Virus record (IMG/VR): IMGVR_UViG_3300016474_000800
Location: 21,141-85,140 of that record
Length of the DNA: 64,000 bases
Strand: one strand, 5' to 3'
DNA from: a virus
Shown: piece by piece, positions 20,764 through 30,638 of the stretch
Numbering within the stretch: position 1 is the stretch's first letter
Layout: each line of letters begins with the position of its first letter
The notes under the pieces: model-generated
What the model saw: only the letters and a program-made list of their open reading frames with translations
Told to the model about the DNA's origin: nothing
Databases searched by the model: none
Position numbers and translations under genes: made by a program

Positions 20764-21834
20764 ATGAAAACAATCTCAAACAAACTTTTGCAGGATGCCA
20801 TCGCTGACGCAGATGCGTTAGTGGAAACGGCTGTTGCAAATGCAAAGTTGTCGTTGGAAGAATCCATGCAATCACAGATTCGTGACATGGTTGCTCGTCG
20901 TTTACGAGTAGAGGCAGATCATGAAAAGGCTAAGGAACTTCCACACCAAGAAGGTGAACCTGAAGGTTCAACGGAAATGCCTGCCGACTCATCAACCATT
21001 GGTGCCGGCGACAACAAGGAACCATCGGATGATGCATTTGATAGTGCAGAAGATGGTTCTGGTCCAGAATCAGAACACGATTCGTCAACAGATTGGTATG
21101 ATGACTGGAGTGAATCAGATTTTGACCTTGATGAAGTAATTAAGGAATTAGAAAATGATATCGCTTCGTTGTCAGGAAAAGAAGATGATGAAGAAGAAGC
21201 AGGTGCACCAAAAGCAATGGTTCCACCACAACAACACAAAGAAGTAGACGAAACCGAAATGGCTATGGACCCACACAAATACCAAGATCCTTCATTAAAG
21301 ATGGATGGTGTTGATGGTGGGGAAGAAGACGTTATGGGTGATGAAGAAGAAATTGATCTTGAAGAAATTCTTGCAGAACTTGAAGCCGAAGATAATGAAC
21401 TTCACGGAGACGATGATCGTGAAAAGGAAGAAATGGCGACTGAAATTGCGGGACTCAAGAGTGAATTGGCCGAATATAAACAAGCATTTAATCTTGTTAG
21501 TGGCCGTCTACAAGAAGTTAATTTATTGAATGCAAAGTTACTCTTCACCAATAAGATGTTCCGTAAGGCTAATTTGACAAACGAACAGAAAGTCCGCGTT
21601 GTCGAATCACTTGACCGCGCAACAAATGTTCGTGAAGTGAAACTTGTATACGCTGCATTAACAGAAAATCTTGCAACCGCAGCAAAGACGTTTAATACGT
21701 CACGTAAGAAGGTTGTCGCAGAAGGACTTGCGTCAAAAGTAACTCCATCGACGGCACCAAAGGCAACAACTCAGCCATTAGTAGAAAACGCAGTGGCTAA
21801 GAGACTTCAACAACTCGCAGGAATTATTTCTTAA
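20764..21834 (+). CDS. Prohead core scaffolding protein (T4 gp22-like)
   Basis: Acidic coiled-coil protein directly upstream of the MCP gene; many LxE sites. Confidence 0.8.
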   Translation: MKTISNKLLQDAIADADALVETAVANAKLSLEESMQSQIRDMVARRLRVEADHEKAKELPHQEGEPEGSTEMPADSSTIGAGDNKEPSDDAFDSAEDGSGPESEHDSSTDWYDDWSESDFDLDEVIKELENDIASLSGKEDDEEEAGAPKAMVPPQQHKEVDETEMAMDPHKYQDPSLKMDGVDGGEEDVMGDEEEIDLEEILAELEAEDNELHGDDDREKEEMATEIAGLKSELAEYKQAFNLVSGRLQEVNLLNAKLLFTNKMFRKANLTNEQKVRVVESLDRATNVREVKLVYAALTENLATAAKTFNTSRKKVVAEGLASKVTPSTAPKATTQPLVENAVAKRLQQLAGIIS

Positions 21835-21853
21835 TCTTAAGGAGATATAACAT

Positions 21854-23431
21854 ATGTCAATTGATGTATCCAAGTTTATCAACGAAGCAGGCAGTGCGCA
21901 TGCTACTATTTTAGAGCAGTCACGTAAGCTTGCCGACAAATGGGAAGACTCAGGTCTTCTTGAAGGTTTGAAGGGAACTGAACGACAGGGGATGGCAGTA
22001 ATACTTGAAAACCAAGCAACCCAGTTGTTAAGTGAAAACAGTAAGACCAACGCAGCCGGGGCATCGGGCGAACAGTGGGCGGGTGTAGCACTTCCTATGG
22101 TTCGTAAGGTATTGGGTTCTATCTCAAGTAAGAACTTCATGTCTGTACAACCGATGAACCTACCTTCTGGTCTTGTGTTCTTCATGGACTTCAAGTACGG
22201 TAGTACAGTAAATGGTAAGACTACAGGTGATTCAATCTACGGTGTTACCAGTGGATCAGGCGTCCTTCCCCGTGGTGGTTTCTACGGAGCAGGTACATTT
22301 GCGTACAGTATTAATGATGCACAGGCAACAGGTTTGTCATACACCACTCAATCTGTTTCTTTCGCAGATGTTAACTACAACGCAGATTATGTCGTAACGG
22401 GTTCACTTCGTAAGTTCGAAGTATCCGCATCGGCATTAACAAACCCCGACATCCCAGCAGTTCGTGCGTTCATTCCAAGTGGTTCAACCATTGACTTCGC
22501 TGCGTTAATTCTTCCAGAATTTACCAAGTTCAACGCATCTGGTTTCAACGGTGCGGGTTCAATTACCTTCGTTGTCAGTAGCTCGGCAAACTCAGTATTG
22601 ACCTCGGTTAACTACGTCAAGCAACCAACCGACACTACCCGTGGTGATTTCGAAGATCGTGATGGTTCAGTAACAAATCTAAACATTCCTGAACTTGACA
22701 TCGAACTTCGTTCGGAAACCATCGTCGCGCGTTCACGTAAGTTGAAGGCAGTCTGGTCACCAGAACTTGCACAAGACTTGAACGCATACCACAGTGTTGA
22801 TGCAGAAGCAGAATTAACAAACTTGTTAAGTGATCACGTTGCAACTGAAATTGATCTTGAACTTCTTGACATGTTAATTACTGCTGCACCAACAACCGAA
22901 TACTGGTCGGCTGATATTGGTCGTGTATGGGATGGTTCAAACTTCGTGGCAAGCTCGAATACCGGAACGGCATGGACCAACATGACATGGTACCAAACGC
23001 TTGGTCAGAAGATGCAACGTTTGAGCAACCGTATTCAACAGTTGACCATGCGTGGTGGTGCAAACTTCGCAGTTGTTTCACCAACGGTAGCAACCATTCT
23101 TGAAACCATCCCCGGTTTCAACGCCGGAACCGACGGTGACAAGATGGAATTCGCAGCCGGTGTAACAAAGGCGGGTTCATTCAATAACCGTTTCACGATC
23201 TACAAGAACCCATATATGACCGAAAACATCGTGTTGATGGGCTTCCGTGGTTCACAATTCTTGGAAACTGGTGCAGTATACGCTCCATACATTCCATTAA
23301 TCATGACACCGCTTGTGTATGATCCAAACAACTTCACACCACGCCGTGGAGTGATGACACGTTACGCGAAGAAAGTCTTACGTCCGGAATTCTTTGGCAA
23401 GATTTATATTGATCGTTTGAGTCTTGTGTAA
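21854..23431 (+). CDS. gp23: Major capsid protein (T4 gp23-like)
   Basis: VQPMNLPSGLVF, ARSRKLKAVWSPELAQDLNAYH, EAELTNLL, GAVYAPYIPL, PRRGVMTRYA; strong AAGGAG RBS. Confidence 0.97.
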   Translation: MSIDVSKFINEAGSAHATILEQSRKLADKWEDSGLLEGLKGTERQGMAVILENQATQLLSENSKTNAAGASGEQWAGVALPMVRKVLGSISSKNFMSVQPMNLPSGLVFFMDFKYGSTVNGKTTGDSIYGVTSGSGVLPRGGFYGAGTFAYSINDAQATGLSYTTQSVSFADVNYNADYVVTGSLRKFEVSASALTNPDIPAVRAFIPSGSTIDFAALILPEFTKFNASGFNGAGSITFVVSSSANSVLTSVNYVKQPTDTTRGDFEDRDGSVTNLNIPELDIELRSETIVARSRKLKAVWSPELAQDLNAYHSVDAEAELTNLLSDHVATEIDLELLDMLITAAPTTEYWSADIGRVWDGSNFVASSNTGTAWTNMTWYQTLGQKMQRLSNRIQQLTMRGGANFAVVSPTVATILETIPGFNAGTDGDKMEFAAGVTKAGSFNNRFTIYKNPYMTENIVLMGFRGSQFLETGAVYAPYIPLIMTPLVYDPNNFTPRRGVMTRYAKKVLRPEFFGKIYIDRLSLV

Positions 23432-23463
23432 GATATATAGTGACGTAACGTTTTAAATAAATT

Positions 23464-23489
23464 GGGGTGGCTAACTGCCACCCCTTTTT
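23464..23489 (+). terminator. Rho-independent terminator after the MCP gene
   Basis: GGGGTGGC-taact-GCCACCCC perfect 8-bp stem followed by TTTTT. Confidence 0.9.
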
Positions 23490-23540
23490 ATTTATACTAT
23501 TTACCGTAGAACTCTCTATCTATATAAAAAGGAGAATTTT

Positions 23541-24110
23541 ATGGAACACGTAATTTACAAACTAACATCGCCGTCTGGAAAAATATACATTGGCAGAACG
23601 TCTGAATTTAAACAAAGAATGAAAAGTCATAAATACAACGCATTGACTAAATGTGCAAATAACTCTTTATATAGAGCCATTAGAAAATATGGATGGGACA
23701 ATTTTACTAAAGAGATTATAGCAACCGCGCCAACGCAAGAAACCGCACAGTTTTTAGAAGAAGTATTAATTAAACAATTTGATTCTGTTAAGTGTGGATA
23801 CAATGATACCTACGTCGGTGGTGGTGGTAACTTGTTCGAAAATCAACCAGAAAAACTACAGGGATTCCGTAAAAAAATGGCCGGTATTACTGGGGGAGAA
23901 AAAAATGGTATGTTTGGTAAACAACAAACCGAAGAAGCTAAACAAAAACAACGGCAAAAAGCAAAAGGACGGTTCTCTTTGCAGTGGTATATTGATCGTT
24001 ATGGTCAAGAAGAAGGAGAATTGTTGTACAAACAACGTTCAGATACGTTACGAAAACGAACTTTTTTACGAAATGAAAATGGGATTTTTGTTTCTCAACG
24101 TAGTACTTAG
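23541..24110 (+). mobile_element. Free-standing GIY-YIG homing endonuclease gene with NUMOD3-like motif
   Basis: VIYKLTSPSGKIYIGRT...RMKSH, EEVLI, GYN; GEKNGMFGKQQTEEAKQK; own AAGGAG RBS. Confidence 0.9.
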
Positions 24111-24134
24111 ATAACACTTACACATAATTTTTTG

Positions 24135-24143
24135 ATATTTATA
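24135..24143 (+). promoter_or_regulatory. Candidate late-promoter motif ATATTTATA
   Basis: Same 9-mer recurs in intergenic gaps at 29995, 30602 and 43176; variants at 4657, 11218, 20660, 51839 and 56776. Confidence 0.5.
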
Positions 24144-24175
24144 GATGTATTATACTACTTATGGGGAAAAAACAA

Positions 24176-24817
24176 ATGATTAGTTTAAAAAAAGTCATTT
24201 TGGAAAATAGTGCATCGGATGAAGCAAAACGACTTGGATTGGACTATATGAAGTTTGGTCGGTGGGGTAAAGACGGTAAAGTTACCCATAAAAGTGATAA
24301 TGGAAAACTTGTCAAAGTACAATCTCCACAAAAACACCCCACCAATAAACAATCTTCCAATTCGCGAGAATCATTAAAAACGGTGACAAAGTTCGCAGTT
24401 GACGCTCATGGGAATCAAAAATATGGAGATAAACCATATTCGTATCACCTCAAAAAAGTATTTGATATAGCGGTGAAATACAAAGGATCTTCTGTTGCCA
24501 AACAGGCGGCACTCTTACATGATGTATTAGAAGATACTCCCATTACAAAAGAAACCTTGGAAGGACACTTTGGAAAAGAAGTGGCCGATGTAGTAGACCT
24601 ACTAACTAACCAGACATCAAAGAAAGTTACGTTCGAACGAATCAGAACAAACCCCACCGCAGTATTTGTTAAATTGTGTGATAGATTAGCGAACGCCTCA
24701 GAGGGTGAAAAATTGGACAAATACAAAAAAGAATATCCAATGTTCCGACAGATATTAAAGAAAGACGGCGAGTTTAATTCTCTATGGTCTGAACTAGACC
24801 GTGTACATGGACTATAA
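24176..24817 (+). CDS. RelA/SpoT-type HD hydrolase (SAH/Mesh1-like) fused to an N-terminal GLxYxxFGRxG module
   Basis: AHGNQKY...PYSYHL, AALLHDVLEDT, VADVVDLLT, VKLCDRLAN; ATG 24176 is preceded by GGGGA. Confidence 0.85.
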   Translation: MISLKKVILENSASDEAKRLGLDYMKFGRWGKDGKVTHKSDNGKLVKVQSPQKHPTNKQSSNSRESLKTVTKFAVDAHGNQKYGDKPYSYHLKKVFDIAVKYKGSSVAKQAALLHDVLEDTPITKETLEGHFGKEVADVVDLLTNQTSKKVTFERIRTNPTAVFVKLCDRLANASEGEKLDKYKKEYPMFRQILKKDGEFNSLWSELDRVHGL

Positions 24818-24837
24818 GATTTTAACCGAGTATATTG

Positions 24838-26022
24838 ATGCAAAATCGTGAACCTATTGTATTTGAAGAAGCGGCAGTTAATCCATATAACTTAACACCG
24901 TTTGGGTTTTATGACACAGACGCCGAGTTTCAACAAGAAGCGCCACAAGTTGCGTCTTTTGTTGCTCGTCGATTGGGATATCCTGTCGTTGACGTAGAAC
25001 TCACTCATCGTCAAATTTACGCATGTTTGGAAGAAGCAATCACAACGTATAGTAATCAAGTTAATCAGTTTAATGCTCGCGAACACATGTTTGCGGTGCA
25101 GGGATTGAACACCAGTGTTAACATAACACAGAAAAATATTATCTCTACTCCACTTCCACAATTAGTCCGTATGTCTGCGCAATATGGAACAGAAGCTGAG
25201 TCTGGGGGTAATGTTACGGTTAAGAAAGGATTTATTAGTGCGTCTGCGTTTACACAGTCGTATGATTTGAAAACACTGTGGGCAGATCAATATGAAAGTG
25301 GGTCGGCCATAGAAATCAGAAAAATATACCACCAAATGCCACCTGCAATTGCAAGATATTATGATCCATTTGCAACAACTGGATTAGGATTAACCAATTT
25401 AATGAGTGAGTTTGGATTTGACGGATATTCACCTCCGGTGACGTTCGTCATGATGCCCGCATACGAAGATTTGTTACGAATTCAAGCCATTGAAATCAAT
25501 GACATGATTCGTAAAAGTCAATATAGTTTTACTGTGTCAAATAATATCGTACGGTTCACACCGATATTCAAAACAAATACCATTGTTTGGTTTGACTATT
25601 TGGTAATGGACGATAAGTTAAACGGGGCAAACGGAAGTGGTTCTGGTGGTGTAGTCCAATCGGGTTCGACGAATAGTATTGTTTCTGACTTTTCTAACAT
25701 TCCATACGATAATATTCAATATTCCAACATTAATAGTATTGGACGATTGTGGGTATATCGGTACACTTTGGCATTAGCAAAAGAGTTACTAGGAACCATT
25801 CGTTCAAAATACGAAAGTATTCCAATTCCTGACGCAAACATTCGTATGGATGGTGAAACACTACGTCGAGAGGCAGCTACTGAAAAAGATGGACTAATTA
25901 AAGAGATTAGGGAAACATTGGAACAAACAGGACAGCAGGCACAACTGAAAAAACAAATGGAAAATGCAGAAGCAATGCAAAACATTTTCAAATACGTACC
26001 TGTTCCATTTTACATTGCATAA
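24838..26022 (+). CDS. Neck protein (T4 gp13-like)
   Basis: RRLGYPVVDVEL...CLEEAITTY and YTLALAKELLGTIRSKY; position after the MCP gene. Confidence 0.8.
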   Translation: MQNREPIVFEEAAVNPYNLTPFGFYDTDAEFQQEAPQVASFVARRLGYPVVDVELTHRQIYACLEEAITTYSNQVNQFNAREHMFAVQGLNTSVNITQKNIISTPLPQLVRMSAQYGTEAESGGNVTVKKGFISASAFTQSYDLKTLWADQYESGSAIEIRKIYHQMPPAIARYYDPFATTGLGLTNLMSEFGFDGYSPPVTFVMMPAYEDLLRIQAIEINDMIRKSQYSFTVSNNIVRFTPIFKTNTIVWFDYLVMDDKLNGANGSGSGGVVQSGSTNSIVSDFSNIPYDNIQYSNINSIGRLWVYRYTLALAKELLGTIRSKYESIPIPDANIRMDGETLRREAATEKDGLIKEIRETLEQTGQQAQLKKQMENAEAMQNIFKYVPVPFYIA

Positions 26023-26035
26023 CTAGAGAAACTAC

Positions 26036-26494
26036 ATGCCACGATTTGTAAGTGAACGTGACTTTCTATTTTTTCAACACATTAACAGGGAAATTGTCTC
26101 TGACATCGTAGATGTTGAGGTAATTCTATACAAGATTATACCAGACATTGTTGGTGTAAACATTTACGGTGAATCTACGAACAAAACACGATACCGTGGT
26201 ATTAGTATCAATGCACTCGTCAAGTATCAAAAAACGGCCGCCGCGACCGCTGAGTTTGGATATGACGTTAACCAGACAAATGTTGAATTTAAGTTTGCAC
26301 GTAAGTTGTTACAAGACGTAAACGTGTATCCGGACGTTGGTGACATCGTAGGATACAACAAAAACTTCTACGAAATTAACAACATTTTTGAATCACAACT
26401 GATCGCTGGCCGACCTGAATACAATCAGTCTATTGTGTGTGAAACACATCTTACCCGTCGTAGTGGTCTTAATATTGAGGAAACACACCTATGA
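26036..26494 (+). CDS. Head completion/neck protein (T4 gp14-like)
   Basis: NIYGES, VYPDVGDIV, YEINNI motifs; synteny in a gp13-14-15-like order. Confidence 0.7.
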   Translation: MPRFVSERDFLFFQHINREIVSDIVDVEVILYKIIPDIVGVNIYGESTNKTRYRGISINALVKYQKTAAATAEFGYDVNQTNVEFKFARKLLQDVNVYPDVGDIVGYNKNFYEINNIFESQLIAGRPEYNQSIVCETHLTRRSGLNIEETHL

Positions 26495-27273
26495 CCGTCC
26501 CTACGTTTGACAGAAATAGAGCACAAATAACAAACAGATATAATAGAGGTACCGATACAAAACAGGTAGATAGAATAAGTACACCTGTTGGTGTTGGACT
26601 GTACACAATAGACAATGCAATTTTGAAATATCTTCAAACAAAAATCAAACCTGTTGTGACGCAAGACAACAAACAGATACAAGTACCGATTGTATACGGA
26701 AGTCCGGAACGATGGAAAAGTGCACAACGTGACGGGGCAATTCGCGATAAAAACGGTAAAATTATGTTGCCAATTATTATGTTGCGAAGAACCTCGGTCA
26801 AGAAAAACTCAATTAATTCGCCGGTTAACAAATATCAACAGTATGTGTTTAAGACGGGGTGGAACCCACGTAACGCATATAGTCGGTTTAAGGCATTAAA
26901 CAATGTCAAACCCAGTGAAATCTATCACACCACAGTCGTACCAGATTTTTATGATGTGACATATGAGGCGATGATATGGACCGAATATATGGAACAAATG
27001 AATACGTTGGTGGAAACAATATCGTTTGAAAGTAATGAATATTGGGGAGAAAATCTCAACTACCGTTTTATCACCAGCATTGATCAGTTTCAGCAAATAA
27101 CCGATTTACCTAGAGACAACGATAGAATGGTTAGAACTAAGTTTGATATGAATGTAAAGGCGTATATTCTTCCAACTGACGCGTTGGATCGTTCCGGAAA
27201 TAGACGATCAACGACAAGTTTACAATACTCTCCCAAAAAAGTCGTCTTTAGTACGGAGATAGTAACACGATAA
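26491..27273 (+). CDS. Tail terminator/completion protein (T4 gp15-like)
   Basis: QVPIVYGSPERW, IMLPII, PDFYDVTYE...QMNTLVE; ATGA overlap; precedes the sheath gene. Confidence 0.75.
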   Translation: MTVPTFDRNRAQITNRYNRGTDTKQVDRISTPVGVGLYTIDNAILKYLQTKIKPVVTQDNKQIQVPIVYGSPERWKSAQRDGAIRDKNGKIMLPIIMLRRTSVKKNSINSPVNKYQQYVFKTGWNPRNAYSRFKALNNVKPSEIYHTTVVPDFYDVTYEAMIWTEYMEQMNTLVETISFESNEYWGENLNYRFITSIDQFQQITDLPRDNDRMVRTKFDMNVKAYILPTDALDRSGNRRSTTSLQYSPKKVVFSTEIVTR

Positions 27274-27329
27274 TTATTGTTTGATAAAAACAACTACTAT
27301 TTATTATTAACCACATTTAGAGAACGTGT

Positions 27330-27584
27330 ATGAAAAAAGTTACGGATGAAGAATTTGCACAGATTGAATCCTTAAAAGAACGCTTTGCCGATCTTGTCGT
27401 ACAAATGGGTTCGCTGAAGATGGAAGAGTGTGTTCTACGGTTAGAACTTCGAAAGATAACCACTTCCTCAGAAGAATGTGAACAGGTTTTGTTGAAGTTA
27501 AAAGAAGAAGAAAAAATGTTATTTGCAACTTTAGAGCAAAAATATGGAACCGGAATCAATATTGAAACCGGAGAAATAACATAA
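27330..27584 (+). CDS. Small coiled-coil protein
   Basis: 84 aa heptad-rich, ends QKYGTGINIETGEIT. Confidence 0.6.
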   Translation: MKKVTDEEFAQIESLKERFADLVVQMGSLKMEECVLRLELRKITTSSEECEQVLLKLKEEEKMLFATLEQKYGTGINIETGEIT

Positions 27585-27605
27585 TAACCCATTTGGAGAA
27601 CTCGT

Positions 27606-29942
27606 ATGGCAAATGAAAGAATTGTCTCTCCCGGCGTATTTACCAGAGAAAACGATTTAACTTTCTTAACACAAGGAATCAGTGAAATCGGTGGAGCATT
27701 TATTGGACCCACACCAAAAGGCCCCGCGTTTATTCCGACAATTGTTAGAAGTCAACAAGAATACGTAACCGCATTTGGTGACGCGGATATAAATCACTAT
27801 ACTGGAATGACAGTAAAAAATTATTTACGGGAAGCAGGTGTTGCTACCGTTGTTCGTGTACTAGGTCTATCTGGTTACGATAACACAACTACCGTTCCTG
27901 CATTAATCTATGCTTCTGGTTCTGGTGGGAAGAAACTGTTTGCAGTGTTACATCCAAGTAGCACAGGAAACACCCTTTCCAACATTGCGATTGGTGGATC
28001 TACTTCTAGTTTTAACTTGGTAGTGTCTGCTTCTGGGGGCACAAATATTAGTGCAAGTGCATTGAGTACGTTAGAAGGATCAAGCGCATACATCAGCAAC
28101 TACTTCGGCACATCGCCAAAGACTACGAAAAATTCATATGTATACGCTATCTTCCCAGACGCAATTACGGGAAGTTTGGGTGCAATTACTCTTCAAGCAG
28201 AAACATCAAGTACGGCACTCTTCCTTTCGGGTTCGACGTATGGTAAGTACAGTAATGCATCAACGTCATGGATTCAATCACAAACCGTTGGGGCACAGAA
28301 GGTAAACTTGTTCAAGTTACACACACTAAGTGATGGTAATTCATCAAACAAGGAAATTAAAGTATCCTTCTTAAATGTTAAGGCAAGTGACGATGTAGAC
28401 TATGACTACGGTACATTCTCAATGTTAATCCGTAAGTACGATGATACCGACACTCGTCTAAACATTCTAGAACAATACGACAACCTAACATTAGATCCAG
28501 ATAGTCCAAATTATATTGCGAATGTTATTGGTAACAGTGCGCCTACAGAAGATGCAAACACTGGTGAAATTTACTACCAAGGTGATTACCAAAATCGTTC
28601 AAAGTATGTGTACGTGGAAATGACCACGGATACCATTCCAAAAACAGCACTCCCGTTTGGATTTGCACAATATCAGTCAACGGTTGGTGTTAATTCCTCA
28701 CTTTTGGTCAATCCAACGTATGTAACTACCCGTTTTCTAAGTGGGTCAACGCCCGGATATACCGCGGATGCGTTGGATAAGAAATATTACTATGGTTGGG
28801 ACTTCAGTGATCCAAATGGGTCAAATAATTCATACCTAGGACCAATTCCATCTGGTTCGGCAACCATCGGATCGGCATTCAATTTAGAAAACATCACCGA
28901 CGTACCAAATGGTGCAACGGCAAAGACAATTAGTTTGTCAGATTCAGATAGTCTAAATTATCGTCGTTTCACCGTACCGTTCCAAGGTGGATTTGATGGA
29001 TTGAATCCGGCACGTGATATTAATATGGGTGAAAACATTGTTGCAACAAACACACAAGGTTTTAATTTGCAGAATTCAACGTCTGCGGGGTCGGTGGCAT
29101 ACAAAAAAGCATTAACTGCAATTTCAAACGCAGATCAATTCGACTTCAACTTATTGGTATTGCCGGGTGTTATTTATGACCTACATTCGTACATCGCGAC
29201 AGAAGCATTAAATGTATGTGAATCGCGACAGGATTGTTTTTACATCATGGACACCGTTGGTATTAACGCAACAGTTGCAACAGCAACACAAGTAGCCGGT
29301 ACAGTTGACAGTAACTATACTGCAACATACTATCCGTGGTTGCGAGTCATTGACACCAACACCAATAAATTAATGTGGGTTCCACCGTCAGTGGTATTAC
29401 CGGAAGTGTATGCATACAATGACAACATTGGAGCGGAATGGTTTGCTGTGGCAGGGTTGAACCGTGGTAGTATCTCTGTTGCAACGGACGTAAAAACTAA
29501 GTTGTCACAGTTGACCCGAGATACATTATATGAAGGTCGCGTCAACCCAATTGCAAAGTTCCCAAATCAAGGAGTATGTGTTTGGGGTCAGAAGACATTA
29601 CAACGTAGACCATCTGCGTTGGATAGAATTAATGTCCGTCGTCTGTTAATTGCAGTGAAGAAGTATATTGCCAGTGCATCGCGTTACTTGGTATTCGAAC
29701 AAAATGTTGAAGCAACACGTAATCGTTTCTTGAACATTGTCAATCCATACCTTGCGAGTGTACAAGAACGTTCTGGTTTGTATGCTTTTGACGTTATCAT
29801 GGATGAAACAAATAACACACCCGATATTATTGATAGAAACATCATTTATGGTCAACTGTATTTACAACCAACCAAGACCGGTGAAGTTATCATCCTAGAC
29901 TTCAACGTACTACCAACTGGGGCAACCTTCCCAACAGCATAA
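27606..29942 (+). CDS. gp18: Tail sheath protein (T4 gp18-like)
   Basis: SPGVFTRENDL, YYPW...WVPPS, WFAVAGLNRG, VWGQKTL...LDRINVRRLL, VFEQN. Confidence 0.97.
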   Translation: MANERIVSPGVFTRENDLTFLTQGISEIGGAFIGPTPKGPAFIPTIVRSQQEYVTAFGDADINHYTGMTVKNYLREAGVATVVRVLGLSGYDNTTTVPALIYASGSGGKKLFAVLHPSSTGNTLSNIAIGGSTSSFNLVVSASGGTNISASALSTLEGSSAYISNYFGTSPKTTKNSYVYAIFPDAITGSLGAITLQAETSSTALFLSGSTYGKYSNASTSWIQSQTVGAQKVNLFKLHTLSDGNSSNKEIKVSFLNVKASDDVDYDYGTFSMLIRKYDDTDTRLNILEQYDNLTLDPDSPNYIANVIGNSAPTEDANTGEIYYQGDYQNRSKYVYVEMTTDTIPKTALPFGFAQYQSTVGVNSSLLVNPTYVTTRFLSGSTPGYTADALDKKYYYGWDFSDPNGSNNSYLGPIPSGSATIGSAFNLENITDVPNGATAKTISLSDSDSLNYRRFTVPFQGGFDGLNPARDINMGENIVATNTQGFNLQNSTSAGSVAYKKALTAISNADQFDFNLLVLPGVIYDLHSYIATEALNVCESRQDCFYIMDTVGINATVATATQVAGTVDSNYTATYYPWLRVIDTNTNKLMWVPPSVVLPEVYAYNDNIGAEWFAVAGLNRGSISVATDVKTKLSQLTRDTLYEGRVNPIAKFPNQGVCVWGQKTLQRRPSALDRINVRRLLIAVKKYIASASRYLVFEQNVEATRNRFLNIVNPYLASVQERSGLYAFDVIMDETNNTPDIIDRNIIYGQLYLQPTKTGEVIILDFNVLPTGATFPTA

Positions 29943-29950
29943 TATGAAAA

Positions 29951-29979
29951 TGTGGGGGAGTGAAATATCTCCCTCCACA
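29951..29979 (+). terminator. Hairpin after the sheath gene (possible terminator or processing site)
   Basis: TGTGGGGGAG-tgaaatat-CTCCC(T)CCACA 10-bp stem with one bulge; weak U-tract. Confidence 0.5.
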
Positions 29980-29994
29980 ATTTCAATCAACTAA

Positions 29995-30003
29995 ATATTT
30001 ATA
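29995..30003 (+). promoter_or_regulatory. Candidate late-promoter motif ATATTTATA upstream of the tail tube gene
   Basis: Ends 26 nt before ATG 30030. Confidence 0.5.
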
Positions 30004-30029
30004 GTTAGAAATCCTTTTGGAGAATATAC

Positions 30030-30518
30030 ATGGCAAACTTTGTGTCCGAGCAAGAATTATTTTTCACTGCGTTCGAACCGGTGATGAAAAATCGTTTCGT
30101 CTTATATATAGACGGAGTACCTTCATATCTTATTAAGAAAGTTAATCGTCCTACCTTTACTCAAGAAGCAAAAGTAATTGATCATATTAACCTTCAACGA
30201 TATGTGAAGGGAAAGAGTAAGTGGGGCACTATTCAGATGGAATTATACGAAGCAATTGTTCCATCCGCGTCCCAAGCAGTAATGGAATGGGTTCGTTTAC
30301 ATCACGAATCTGTTACTGGTCGTGATGGGTACCTTGAATTCTATAAGAAAGATTTGACATTGTCTGTACTTGGACCACTAGGTGATAAAGTGCAGGAGTG
30401 GTTGATTAAAGGTGCACAAATCACCGAAGTAAACTTTGGAGAAATGGATTGGGCAACCGATGAAATTCTAACGTTTACACTAACTGTCCAACCGGATTTC
30501 TGCGTACAAAACTTCTAA
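30030..30518 (+). CDS. gp19: Tail tube protein (T4 gp19-like)
   Basis: Follows the sheath gene; FEPVMKNRF, QAVMEWVRLHHESVTGRDGY..FYKKD, GPLGDKVQEW. Confidence 0.92.
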   Translation: MANFVSEQELFFTAFEPVMKNRFVLYIDGVPSYLIKKVNRPTFTQEAKVIDHINLQRYVKGKSKWGTIQMELYEAIVPSASQAVMEWVRLHHESVTGRDGYLEFYKKDLTLSVLGPLGDKVQEWLIKGAQITEVNFGEMDWATDEILTFTLTVQPDFCVQNF

Positions 30519-30538
30519 TAAAAGCACACATCAGTTTC

Positions 30539-30580
30539 AAAACTCCTTCGTGATATGTTATCGTATCACGGAGGAGTTTT
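30539..30580. terminator. Long stem-loop after the tail tube gene (probably a bidirectional terminator)
   Basis: AAAACTCCTTCGTGATA-8 nt-TATCACGGAGGAGTTTT, a 17-bp stem with one G.U pair. Confidence 0.85.
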
Positions 30581-30601
30581 ACATTATTACACAATATTTT
30601 G

Positions 30602-30610
30602 ATATTTATA
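30602..30610 (+). promoter_or_regulatory. Candidate late-promoter motif ATATTTATA starting the fibre operon
   Basis: Immediately downstream of the terminator; ends 28 nt before ATG 30639. Confidence 0.5.
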
Positions 30611-30638
30611 TCAGAGTATCTTTACACCTGAGATAGAT

